The notes under the pieces were generated by a model. The model saw only the letters and a list, made by a program, of their open reading frames with translations. It was not told where the DNA came from and searched no databases. The translations under genes and the position numbers were made by a program. Shown in pieces: positions 18,257 through 26,062 of a stretch of DNA of 64,000 bases. This stretch comes from an uncultured bacterium (lineage in GTDB: Bacteria; Patescibacteriota; Doudnabacteria; UBA920), in the NCBI GenBank assembly GCA_963749445.1, contig CAVVMJ010000010.1, positions 117,738 to 181,737 of the forward strand. The letters run 5' to 3'. Position 1 is the first letter of the stretch. Every line of letters begins with the position of its first letter.

Positions 18257-18688
18257 TTAAACTCCCAAAGATCCCAACTGTTCCGCAATCTGGTTTGCTT
18301 GCCGCTTCGGTTTGCGTCTTATAAGCCTTCCACAATTCTTCGCTCCAAATCTCAATGCGGTTATATAGCCCCGCGACAATTGCCTTTTTTTGTATCTTGG
18401 CAAATTCTTTTAAGTATCCGGTAAAACAATGCGGCCCTGCTTGTCCACTTCGCAATCCATGGCTCCGGCCAGCATCAGCCGGGAAAAAGCGCGCGTGTTG
18501 GCAGTAGAAATTGGGAGACTAGCCAATTTTTTCGCGAGCTTTTTCCATTCATCCATATTGTACAAGAACAAAGAATTATCAAGACCCCGCGTAACCACCA
18601 CTTTAGTTTTAAGCTGGGCGCGGAATTTTGCCGGAATGGCGATTCTGCCTTTGTCGTCTATGCTGGCTTGGTATTCTCCGATGAACAT
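18257..18688 (-). pseudogene. mraZ: transcriptional regulator MraZ, interrupted by 2 frameshifts
   Basis: MFIGEYQASIDDKGRIAIPAKFR...GRIVLPDT, then a shift to LKEFAKIQKKAIVAGLYNRIEIWSEELWKAY, then a probable second shift to ...AEQLGSLGV*. Confidence 0.65.
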
Positions 18689-18711
18689 ATTTACTAGTTT
18701 ATTTCTTGCGA

Positions 18712-18828
18712 AGCCGCTGAACGGTCGCTGATGGGTACGCTGATATGTCGCTGAGCGGATATTGAAGCTTCAGCGACTTTTCAGCGGCTGCAGTCAATTC
18801 AGCGTCCGATCAGCGGTTTAAAACGAGA
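18712..18828. promoter_or_regulatory. phased CGCTGA x4 / TCAGCG x4 word palindrome upstream of mraZ (candidate MraZ operator or hairpin element)
   Basis: Four direct cgctga repeats spaced about 11 nt apart, followed by four inverted copies. Confidence 0.4.
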
Positions 18829-18892
18829 TGAAAGCTTCGGGCCCTATTTTGGAGCCCGAAGCTCCTTTTGATCTCGATAACAGCGGGACGAG

Positions 18893-18934
18893 TTATCCAC
18901 CAAATCTACCACTTATCCCCACTCTTATCCACTT
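18893..18934. promoter_or_regulatory. cluster of three DnaA-box-like 9-mers
   Basis: TTATCCACC, TTATCCCCA and TTATCCACT (each 8/9 to TTATCCACA), followed by an AT-rich tract. Confidence 0.35.
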
Positions 18935-19101
18935 TTTACCATTTCAAAAGTATTATACTCCACAAAACCCCAAAAGTCAAAACCCTCAAATTATCACAAA
19001 ATAAAAAAATACCTCTTAAATAAGAGATACTTAAACAATTAATTATTAACCGATAATCCTAATCCACAAAAAATAAAAAAATTCCCGCCCGAATGGCTAA
19101 A

Positions 19102-19575
19102 TTACGCCATTTTTATGGCATAGGCGGCAATACCAAAGGCTACGGAGACGTTTAGGCTTTCTTTTTTGCCCAGCATTGGAATTTCCACGAGCTGGTCACA
19201 AAGTTTTATCAGAGATTTATTGATGCCGCCGGTTTCTTCGCCGAGGATGAGAGCCAAAGGAAATTTGGGTTTAAAATTGAGGATGTTGGTTGGTTTGCCG
19301 ACGTTATTTTCCAGGCCGATGATGTGTACTTTTTGCTTTTTTAAAATGCGGCTAACAGCCTGGGGCGATTTGGAATATTCCCAACTCACCAACTCCTCCG
19401 CCCCAAGCGCGACTTTGGCGATTTTGTTTTTGTGGACGTAATATCCCGGCGTGCCGGTATATCCCGTAAGATAAATCTTGGTAACATTAAAAGCATCGGC
19501 CGTGCGAAAAATTGACCCGACGTTGTATAGCGAGCGGATGTTGTGCGCGATGACAAAAAACTGTTTTGGTTGCAT
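19102..19575 (-). CDS. SpoU/TrmH-family RNA 2'-O-methyltransferase
   Basis: 157 aa; ...LGLENNVGKPTNI...ILGEETGGI...VEIPMLG..., the SPOUT knot motifs. Confidence 0.7.
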   Translation of the reverse strand: MQPKQFFVIAHNIRSLYNVGSIFRTADAFNVTKIYLTGYTGTPGYYVHKNKIAKVALGAEELVSWEYSKSPQAVSRILKKQKVHIIGLENNVGKPTNILNFKPKFPLALILGEETGGINKSLIKLCDQLVEIPMLGKKESLNVSVAFGIAAYAIKMA

Positions 19576-19589
19576 ATCTTGGGCAATAC

Positions 19590-19782
19590 TGCGGAGCCTT
19601 CTCCCCTACATTGATACACATCAAGAACGAGGGGAGATGCCCCGAGTGCATCCGAGGGGCAGAGAGGTGTTTTATTTCCCAGAGCCACCTCTCTGTCACC
19701 GAAAGCGATGTTGTCCTTATGACTTTCGGTGACATCTCCCCTCATGCGCTGTATTGCTCACTAAGGGGAGAAGGCTCCGCGG
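19590..19782. repeat. GC-rich nested palindromic element (gene-less member of the family that carries the DUF559 genes)
   Basis: Outer 17-bp inverted repeat gcggagccttctcccct / aggggagaaggctccgc. Inner repeats gaggggagat/atctcccctc and gcagagaggtg/cacctctctg. Shares ctcggatgcactcgg and the ggctccgcgg end with 48448-48931, 59521-59600 and 3900-3960. Confidence 0.7.
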
Positions 19783-19788
19783 ATGTTC

Positions 19789-20316
19789 CTAAAGTTCTGC
19801 CGATTTATTTTTTCTCAACACCAAAAACCACACCAAATAAACTATTGCCAAAAGCGAATAGTTAACCAGCATAAACAGCGGGTGTGCCCAGGACACGCCG
19901 TGGTCAAATTTATAGCTTGATAGAGGAAACAAAAACGGGGTTTCGTAAAAGCCTTTGTGGCTGGGAATATCTATCAAGATGTGTAAAACCCAGCCCCACA
20001 TTGGCCAATAGGTTTTGCCCTTTCGGATAACCATAACAATAACCATAACGATGGCAAAAATCACCAGGCTGTGCGTGTAGTTGTAACCGATTGACGCAAA
20101 TTGGAACGGCCAGGCATTACTGGCAAAAGCCGCGGGGCCGAACTCCCGCGCGCCTTTGGTCAAAACCATGTATATCCCATACAAAAAAGCCGGAGTGAAC
20201 ACCGCCAAATCCGGCAGGACTCCGAAAGCTACGGCAATGTAGCGCTGCAGCTTTTCCTTGCGGTATTTTTTGTAGAACACCGCGTTGGTCCACAGCGCGT
20301 GGGCAAATACATCCAT
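19789..20316 (-). CDS. membrane-bound metal-dependent hydrolase-like protein (YdjM/DUF457-like)
   Basis: Polytopic membrane protein with conserved His residues. The likely start is MDVFAHALW; the ORF-track N-terminal extension overlaps the MITE family 3 copy. Confidence 0.5.
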   Translation of the reverse strand: MDVFAHALWTNAVFYKKYRKEKLQRYIAVAFGVLPDLAVFTPAFLYGIYMVLTKGAREFGPAAFASNAWPFQFASIGYNYTHSLVIFAIVMVIVMVIRKGKTYWPMWGWVLHILIDIPSHKGFYETPFLFPLSSYKFDHGVSWAHPLFMLVNYSLLAIVYLVWFLVLRKNKSAEL

Positions 20317-20318
20317 AG

Positions 20319-20440
20319 TAGTAATCCCAAATATACAAATCAACACAAATAAACAAATAACTATCAATCCTTGTGTTTAGCAAAACAGGCGACTGTTACC
20401 GGATTTGTATATTTGTCTAAATTTGTATATTTGCGAACAC
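20319..20440. repeat. MITE family 3 copy
   Basis: gtagtaatcccaaatatacaaat ... atttgtatatttgcgaacactactgtagta. Confidence 0.7.
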
Positions 20441-20859
20441 TACTGTAGTAAATTTAAGTTCAAATCCGAATCCAACCCGCGACTCATTTCGCCGTCCAAT
20501 TTAATCAAAAAAATCTCGCAGGTGGCCGAAATTACCGCTTTGAACACGTGGCCGCCGAGCATACTTAAATCACGGCGGCTAAAGCTGCCGTGGACGTGCA
20601 GTGCCGGCTTGCCCGCCGATAGGGCGATATTGCCAATGAGCGAAACAATCTCCAACTGCTCGGTAATAACTTGCTTGGTATATGATTTCGCGGCGAAATC
20701 GTAAACCCCAATCTCCAGCTCGCCGCAAGCGCCAATGGCCGTAAACGAGGCCGCGTCAATATCATACTGTCTGGCGAATTCCAAAAAGCCGGCGAAGACT
20801 TCTTCACCTTTGTCTATACGGATGATATATCTCTGGTTATCCTTTAAAATTACTTTCAT
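20440..20859 (-). CDS. PPC/DUF296-domain protein (PD1-like DNA-binding fold)
   Basis: 139 aa; EIVSLIGNIA...PALHVHGSFS.. core typical of PF03479. Confidence 0.6.
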   Translation of the reverse strand: MKVILKDNQRYIIRIDKGEEVFAGFLEFARQYDIDAASFTAIGACGELEIGVYDFAAKSYTKQVITEQLEIVSLIGNIALSAGKPALHVHGSFSRRDLSMLGGHVFKAVISATCEIFLIKLDGEMSRGLDSDLNLNLLQ

Positions 20860-20862
20860 GTC

Positions 20863-20929
20863 TTCTACTAAATACGAAAGAGTCTAAAAATACTAAACTT
20901 GAATTTTCGATTTAGTACTTTTAGTAAAT
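20863..20929. repeat. tactaaatac-family hairpin, split by the IS insertion
   Basis: cttctactaaatacgaaagagtctaaaaatactaaa...tttagtacttttagtaaat; the rest of the right arm (tttagtagag) resumes at 21642. Confidence 0.6.
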
Positions 20930-20936
20930 TTAGTAT

Positions 20937-21634
20937 GGCTCTAGACTAGAAGATTTGTTCTGTTGTAGTCTAAAGATGTGATTAAATGGTCAAAACTGAC
21001 AAAATTTCAATGGGTCAAAGTAAAACACGGTTTTTGTGATGATTTAACTGCGACCCAAACAGCTAAACTTACAGGAATTAATCGCAACACAGTTAACAAG
21101 TACTACAAACTTTTTAGGGAGAAAATCGCCAAACATCAGGAGTCGGTCAGCAATGGGTTCAGCGGCCAGGTAGAGCTGGATAAAAGTTACTTCGGTGGCA
21201 GGAATAAAGGCAGGCGGGGCAGGGGTACAGAGAAGATTCCGGTCTTTGGCATTAAAAGGCGTAACGGTAGAGTCTACACCCAAATTATTAAGAATGCCAG
21301 TAGCGCCGAAATCAGGCCAATTATCAGGGAGTTTGTGAGGAGAGGCAGTATTGTGTATACCGATGGTTGGCGGGCTTACGACGGATTGGTTCTGGATGGC
21401 TACAAACATTTTCGGATTAATCATCGAATTTTTCAGTACTCCGACCGTAAAGGGGCCCACGTTAACGGCATCGAAAACTTTTGGAGCTTTTCCAAACGGC
21501 GGTTGGCAAAGTTTAACGGCATTAATCCTAAAAATTTTTACCTACACCTAAAGGAATGCGAATGGCGCTACAATGAGAAGCCCGATTTGTACAAAAAACT
21601 ATCATTAATTCTTAAAATCTTCTAGGCAAGAGCC
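20937..21634 (+). mobile_element. IS1595-family (IS1016-like) insertion sequence, 698 bp, 20-bp TIRs, 7-bp TSD TTAGTAT
   Basis: Left TIR ggctctagactagaagattt. Right TIR (reverse complement) ggctcttgcctagaagattt. TTAGTAT at 20930-20936 and 21635-21641. Confidence 0.8.
20978..21625 (+). CDS. IS1016-type (IS1595 family) transposase
   Basis: ...LDKSYFGGRNKGRRGRGTEKIPVFGIKRRNGRVYT...VYTDGWRAYDGL...INHRIFQY...HVNGIENFWS... is collinear with IS1016 transposases. GTG start. Confidence 0.85.
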   Translation: MIKWSKLTKFQWVKVKHGFCDDLTATQTAKLTGINRNTVNKYYKLFREKIAKHQESVSNGFSGQVELDKSYFGGRNKGRRGRGTEKIPVFGIKRRNGRVYTQIIKNASSAEIRPIIREFVRRGSIVYTDGWRAYDGLVLDGYKHFRINHRIFQYSDRKGAHVNGIENFWSFSKRRLAKFNGINPKNFYLHLKECEWRYNEKPDLYKKLSLILKIF

Positions 21635-21651
21635 TTAGTATTTAGTAGAGA

Positions 21652-22035
21652 TCATGCGAGCTTAACCGAGCGAGCCAGCACGTCCTTGACTTTTTGGATG
21701 ATGTCATCCACCGATTGATCACTCTTGAGCAAATAATCCACGGCTCCGGCCTCCACGATTTTGCTGATGGTCTCCACGTCGCCGATGTTGGTAAGCACCA
21801 CTACCGGCACTTTGGCCGTAGTGGGGTTGGCGCGCAATTCCCAAAGCACGGAAATACCATCCAGCTTGGGCATCATAATGTCAAGCAAAACCAAATCCGG
21901 AACAATTTCCTTGCATTTGGCCACGGACTCTTCGCCATCATAGGCCGGAACCGGATTGAAACCTGCTGTCTTAAGCGCCTCGCACAACGAATTGGAAATC
22001 AATTTGTCGTCCTCGGCCACAACAATGGTTGTCAT
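21652..22035 (-). CDS. single-domain response regulator (CheY-like receiver)
   Basis: MTTIVVAEDDKLI...LVLLDIMMPKLDG...KSDQSVDDII. Confidence 0.85.
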   Translation of the reverse strand: MTTIVVAEDDKLISNSLCEALKTAGFNPVPAYDGEESVAKCKEIVPDLVLLDIMMPKLDGISVLWELRANPTTAKVPVVVLTNIGDVETISKIVEAGAVDYLLKSDQSVDDIIQKVKDVLARSVKLA

Positions 22036-22075
22036 AAAATTTTTTGGGTTAAAAATTAAGTTTTAAAAATTTTAT

Positions 22076-22152
22076 TTCCTACGAACCTACGAACCTTTAC
22101 CGAACTACGAACTCACTAGCTTTCGCAGTTCGTACCGTTCGTAAGTTCGTAG
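22076..22152. repeat. ctacgaac-word hairpin (copy 1)
   Basis: cctacgaacctacgaacc...ggttcgtaagttcgtag; a near-identical copy lies at 23835-23909. Confidence 0.75.
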
Positions 22153-22155
22153 AAT

Positions 22156-23823
22156 TTAAGCAATAGGAAGCGAAAAATAAAACGTCGTACCCAAATTTTC
22201 GCCGGCCGACTCGGCCCAAATTTTGCCGCCGTGGGCCTCCACAATGCCGCGGCTGACCACCAGGCCCAGGCCCGTGCCTTTGCGCGAGCGGTCGCCGCTT
22301 TGCAGCTGCTTGAATTTGGAAAACAGCTGGTTTAAGTCTTCGCGGGCCACGCCGATGCCGCTGTCTTTGACCCCGACTACGACCTGCTTTTCGGCAGCGT
22401 CCAGGCTGACATTAACGTCAATTTGCCCGCTGTCGGTATATTTAATGGCATTGCTCAGCAAATTGCCCAAAACCTGGGAAACCCTAACCCTATCAAATTT
22501 TACCATATATTTGTCCGGAGCGGTACACCCAATGGTCAAATGCTTGGCTTCCGCCTGCGGAGCAAAAGCTTTAGCCTGATCCTTAATGACATCCACCAAA
22601 TCATAGACTTGCAAATTCAGCTCAAATTTGCCCGCTTCAATTTTGGCCACGTCCAGCAGGTCATTGACCAGTTCCAGCATATTGTTGGACGCGGTTTCAA
22701 TGGTCATAACCGTGTCTTTGACTTTACCCGGATCCACCCCGGCTTGGCTGGCCGCCAAATTTTTTAGCATTGATTCGGACGACCAGCGCACGGCGGTCAG
22801 CGGCGCGCGCAATTCGTGGACCATCATAGCCGTAAATTCCTGCCGGGTTTTTTCCAGGGTTTTTTCCGTGGTGATGTCGTGGAAAACCACGCTGGCGCCC
22901 AATTTTTCCCCGGCCGAAGTTTTTACCGGCGACACGCCGACTTCCAGGGCTTTATCTTTTAAATAAACTTCCTGGATCAGCATGGGCTTGTCCTCGCTCA
23001 AAGACTGTTCAATTTTGGTGCGGATGTCAACTTTTCCGGACAGACCGTCTACAATGTCAAACATAGTCAATGGTTTGCCGGCAGGCAAACCAAATAATCC
23101 CACGGCCGCGGGGTTATAAACCATTAAGCGGTTATCAATACTGACCATAACCACGCCGTCAGTCAAAGAATAAATAACAGCCGACAGCTTGCCCTTTTCG
23201 TTTTCCAGCACGCTCTGCAGTTTGGATACGGCTGTGGCCGCCTGGTTGGTGATGGCATACAAAATAGAGGCCTGAGCCTCGCCGTAGCGCCCGCGCTCTA
23301 TGGAAGCCACGTTAATCATTCCCACCAGCCGGTTGGAAATTACCACCGGCAGGTTAAAAAACGACTGCACGCCGGCTTTGGAATTATCATCCAAAATATT
23401 GCCGGTAATGCTTTCGTCCAGCTTTTGCGGCTTGACCTCACCGTCCAAAATGGCCGCGAACGACAGCAGCATTTTTTCCTTGACCTGTTCAATGAACTTG
23501 TGGCTCACCGAGCGCTCCACGTGGCATTTGAACACCACTGTGCCGTCTTCGCCCAAAAGCATATAAGCCACGGTGTCGTAATCCAAAAGGTTACCCAAAC
23601 TGCTGGTAATAATATCTATAATTTTGTTGGTGTCCAGAGAATAGCCAATACGCTCGTTGATTTCCTTGAGCACTTCGGCCTGATAAACTTTTTGCTGAAG
23701 TTCCAAGCCCTGGCTGGCTTCCTGGCGCAAATATTTGCGCTCGCGCAAGGACGTGTAAATATAGCCGACAAGCACGACGGCCAGCATGGCAAAATCAATG
23801 GCAAGCAGCAGGTTGAGGATCAT
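22156..23823 (-). CDS. sensor histidine kinase (TM, GAF/PAS, HisKA, HATPase_c)
   Basis: H-box MVHELRAPLTAV; N, G1 and G2 boxes (GTGLGLVVSRGIVEAHGG). Confidence 0.85.
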   Translation of the reverse strand: MILNLLLAIDFAMLAVVLVGYIYTSLRERKYLRQEASQGLELQQKVYQAEVLKEINERIGYSLDTNKIIDIITSSLGNLLDYDTVAYMLLGEDGTVVFKCHVERSVSHKFIEQVKEKMLLSFAAILDGEVKPQKLDESITGNILDDNSKAGVQSFFNLPVVISNRLVGMINVASIERGRYGEAQASILYAITNQAATAVSKLQSVLENEKGKLSAVIYSLTDGVVMVSIDNRLMVYNPAAVGLFGLPAGKPLTMFDIVDGLSGKVDIRTKIEQSLSEDKPMLIQEVYLKDKALEVGVSPVKTSAGEKLGASVVFHDITTEKTLEKTRQEFTAMMVHELRAPLTAVRWSSESMLKNLAASQAGVDPGKVKDTVMTIETASNNMLELVNDLLDVAKIEAGKFELNLQVYDLVDVIKDQAKAFAPQAEAKHLTIGCTAPDKYMVKFDRVRVSQVLGNLLSNAIKYTDSGQIDVNVSLDAAEKQVVVGVKDSGIGVAREDLNQLFSKFKQLQSGDRSRKGTGLGLVVSRGIVEAHGGKIWAESAGENLGTTFYFSLPIA

Positions 23824-23834
23824 TTTGGTTTCAA

Positions 23835-23909
23835 TCCTACGAACATACGAACTTTTCGAACTACGAACTCACAAGCCTTCGTAGTTCGTACCGTTCGTAA
23901 GTTCGTAGG
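23835..23909. repeat. ctacgaac-word hairpin (copy 2)
   Basis: Direct copy of 22076-22152 on the other side of the kinase gene. Confidence 0.75.
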
Positions 23910-23914
23910 AGACG

Positions 23915-24181
23915 TTATAGCCCTTTAAGCGTGGGGTATTTTTCCAGCAAAGTGTTCAAGGTCATTTGCGCGATCTGGCCGGATAAAGCCATGTATTCGT
24001 TGGCCACGCCTTTTAGCACCAGCTGCGGATCGCCGTCCATATCCAAAACCGTGCCGTCGTCAGCCACCTTTAACCCCGGAATCTTCCTGGCCTTGTCCAG
24101 GGCAATGTTCGGCCCCAGCACCACCATTTGCTTTTGGATTAAATCGGTCAGCATTTGTTTATATTCTGTTTCGTTGGCCAT
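23915..24181 (-). CDS. hypothetical protein
   Basis: 88-aa ORF; no recognisable family. Confidence 0.4.
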   Translation of the reverse strand: MANETEYKQMLTDLIQKQMVVLGPNIALDKARKIPGLKVADDGTVLDMDGDPQLVLKGVANEYMALSGQIAQMTLNTLLEKYPTLKGL

Positions 24182-24234
24182 AAAATTCCTTATTTCGATA
24201 AATGATAATTTTAGATGGTTATATTATAACACAC

Positions 24235-24321
24235 TTCTACTAAATACTAAAACCACTAAAAATACGAAACCCGAAATTAATCAGCTTTAGTATTTTTAGT
24301 TTCTTTCGTATTTAGTAGAAG
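24235..24321. repeat. tactaaatac-word hairpin (intact)
   Basis: cttctactaaatactaaaaccactaaaaatacgaaa...tttcgtatttagtagaag. Confidence 0.7.
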
Positions 24322-24322
24322 A

Positions 24323-25834
24323 TCATAGCTCTTTGACGCGCCCAAAACCCACCGAGTCGCGGAAGGCTTTGCCGGCGGCCATCATTTGCGCCCGCAAAAC
24401 GGTAAATTCCCCGTATTTGTCGTTAATGTCATCCAGCGCTGCCACCAAAGCGCGCTGCCGCTCAATATCGCCGAATAAAGACATCTGATGAATATACGGG
24501 CGCAGGCCGGCCACGGTTACGCCGATCAATTTTATCCCTGCGACATTTATCGGATATATCCCCGTAGGGGCGGGTTTCAAACCCGCCCCTACGCCGGGCT
24601 TAATCATTTTTAGGCATTCCAGGAAAATCTCCCGCCCGTCCTGCAAAAAATATCTCAACTTTTTGCTGTCGCCGAAACCCTGATAATCTTTGTCGTGATA
24701 ATAACAGCTGATGACATTCCCCATTAACTGTTTCTTGCGCAACCGCCGGCCCACCATTTCGCAAAGCTTGTACAGCACGGGCACAAAAAATTCCGGTTTG
24801 CGGAATTCCTGCGGCAAGGTGTACATATGTCCCATGGATTTGATTTCTTGTTCCTGATGAACCTCGGCTTTCCAAGTGCCTTCCAGTTGGCCGAGATTAT
24901 ATAAATGATGACCCGCGACCCGACCAAAACGCGCCACCAAGTGGCTGCGAGGGAAATCCCGCAAGTCTTTTAAGGTTTTGATCCCCAGCTCGTTTAAATT
25001 CCGCTCCTGCCGCCGCCCGATGCCCGGGACGTCGGTAAGTTTAAGCTGATGATACAAATCACCCTTAGATAAAACAAGGCAATCGGCGCTGTAGGGGCGG
25101 ATATCATCCGCCCTTTGTCGTGGGAGGATAATATCCTCCCCTACGCAACCATTGTGAATCACCGTCAACCCATCCGGTTTTTTTAAATCCGACGCAATCT
25201 TGGCCAAAGCCTTATTATCGGCAATCCCAACGCTGCACCTGAGCCAATCCCCAACTTCGGTTTTAAACCGCCGCTTTATTTCCCGCGCAATGTTTGCCGC
25301 CTCTTCAAAGGGATCAATCGAAAATTGTCCCATCCCGACCAACGAGTGCATCCGACCCGTTCGGTTCAACTCAGGGTCGCCCTGAGCGTAGCCGAATGGG
25401 CGAGGAGTGGAGGGATCTGTCTGATATAATAGATCCCTCGGCTCATCCTCAGGTGCATTCGGATTCGCTCGGGATGGCGAAAAAAAATTCCTAACATTGC
25501 ACACCCTCGTCAAATCCAAAAAACACTCGTCAATGCTGTACTTTTCCACCTTGTCCGTATAATCGCCCACGACTTTTAAAAACCTCCTGGTGTAAAACCG
25601 GTATCGTTCGGCGTGAGTTTGGGTCAAAATAATCTTAGGATATAACTTTTTGGCTTCCCACACCGGCGTGCCGGTTTTGATGCCCCATTTTTTGGCCTCC
25701 ACAGACGCCGCGATAATAATGCCGCCCAAATGCTCGCACACGCCCACGGGCTTTCCGCGCCAACTCAAATTATCCTGCTGCTCCACAGAGGCAAAATACG
25801 AGTTCATATCCAGATGCATTATTATGGACTGCAT
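24323..25834 (-). CDS. dinB: DNA polymerase IV (Y-family) carrying three in-frame palindromic insertions
   Basis: MHLDMNSYFASVE...SIDECFLDLT...CSVGIADNKALAKIAS...; 503 aa against the usual ~360. The extra segments coincide with the repeats at 24563-24591, 25091-25144 and 25330-25500. Confidence 0.8.
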   Translation of the reverse strand: MQSIIMHLDMNSYFASVEQQDNLSWRGKPVGVCEHLGGIIIAASVEAKKWGIKTGTPVWEAKKLYPKIILTQTHAERYRFYTRRFLKVVGDYTDKVEKYSIDECFLDLTRVCNVRNFFSPSRANPNAPEDEPRDLLYQTDPSTPRPFGYAQGDPELNRTGRMHSLVGMGQFSIDPFEEAANIAREIKRRFKTEVGDWLRCSVGIADNKALAKIASDLKKPDGLTVIHNGCVGEDIILPRQRADDIRPYSADCLVLSKGDLYHQLKLTDVPGIGRRQERNLNELGIKTLKDLRDFPRSHLVARFGRVAGHHLYNLGQLEGTWKAEVHQEQEIKSMGHMYTLPQEFRKPEFFVPVLYKLCEMVGRRLRKKQLMGNVISCYYHDKDYQGFGDSKKLRYFLQDGREIFLECLKMIKPGVGAGLKPAPTGIYPINVAGIKLIGVTVAGLRPYIHQMSLFGDIERQRALVAALDDINDKYGEFTVLRAQMMAAGKAFRDSVGFGRVKEL

Positions 25835-25837
25835 AAC

Positions 25838-25893
25838 AATTTACGATTAACGATTAACAGTACCAAAGGTTAATTGTCAATTGTTAATCGTTA
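25838..25893. repeat. caattgttaatcgttaa-word hairpin (gene-less form of the element around four-helix-bundle copy 2)
   Basis: acgattaacgattaacag taccaaagg ttaattgtcaattgttaatcgt. Confidence 0.7.
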
Positions 25894-26008
25894 AAAGTTA
25901 TTCGTATTCTAATAGTATACGATTGTTCACCTTTTATCAACCCTAAGTTATCCACACTCCTTTGCCAAGGCTTCAGAGTGCAAGCAAATAAAAAACGCGC
26001 GCCGTGGA

Positions 26009-26045
26009 AGGGATTGACCTTACCCACGGCGCCCGCGATAAATTG
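26009..26045 (-). terminator. rho-independent terminator downstream of the GNAT gene
   Basis: cgcgggcgccgtggg...cccacggcgcgcg followed by a T-run on the minus strand. Confidence 0.5.
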
Positions 26046-26062
26046 CTTCTCCTGTCCTCCGT

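Noticed and set aside
18893-18934. DnaA-box cluster as the chromosomal origin
   Set aside because: Genes on both sides are on the minus strand with no orientation switch, and dnaA is not nearby. A regulatory site is more likely.
19590-19782. Structured GC-rich element as a known housekeeping RNA (6S, SRP, RNase P, tmRNA)
   Set aside because: No diagnostic motifs of those RNAs are present. Its ends and inner modules match the DUF559-carrying repeat family, so it is treated as a gene-less repeat copy.
22076-23909. Genes bracketed by hairpins as integron cassettes with attC sites
   Set aside because: No integrase is present. The hairpins differ for every gene. They also occur inside the ribosomal operon. 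Gene orientation is not cassette-like.
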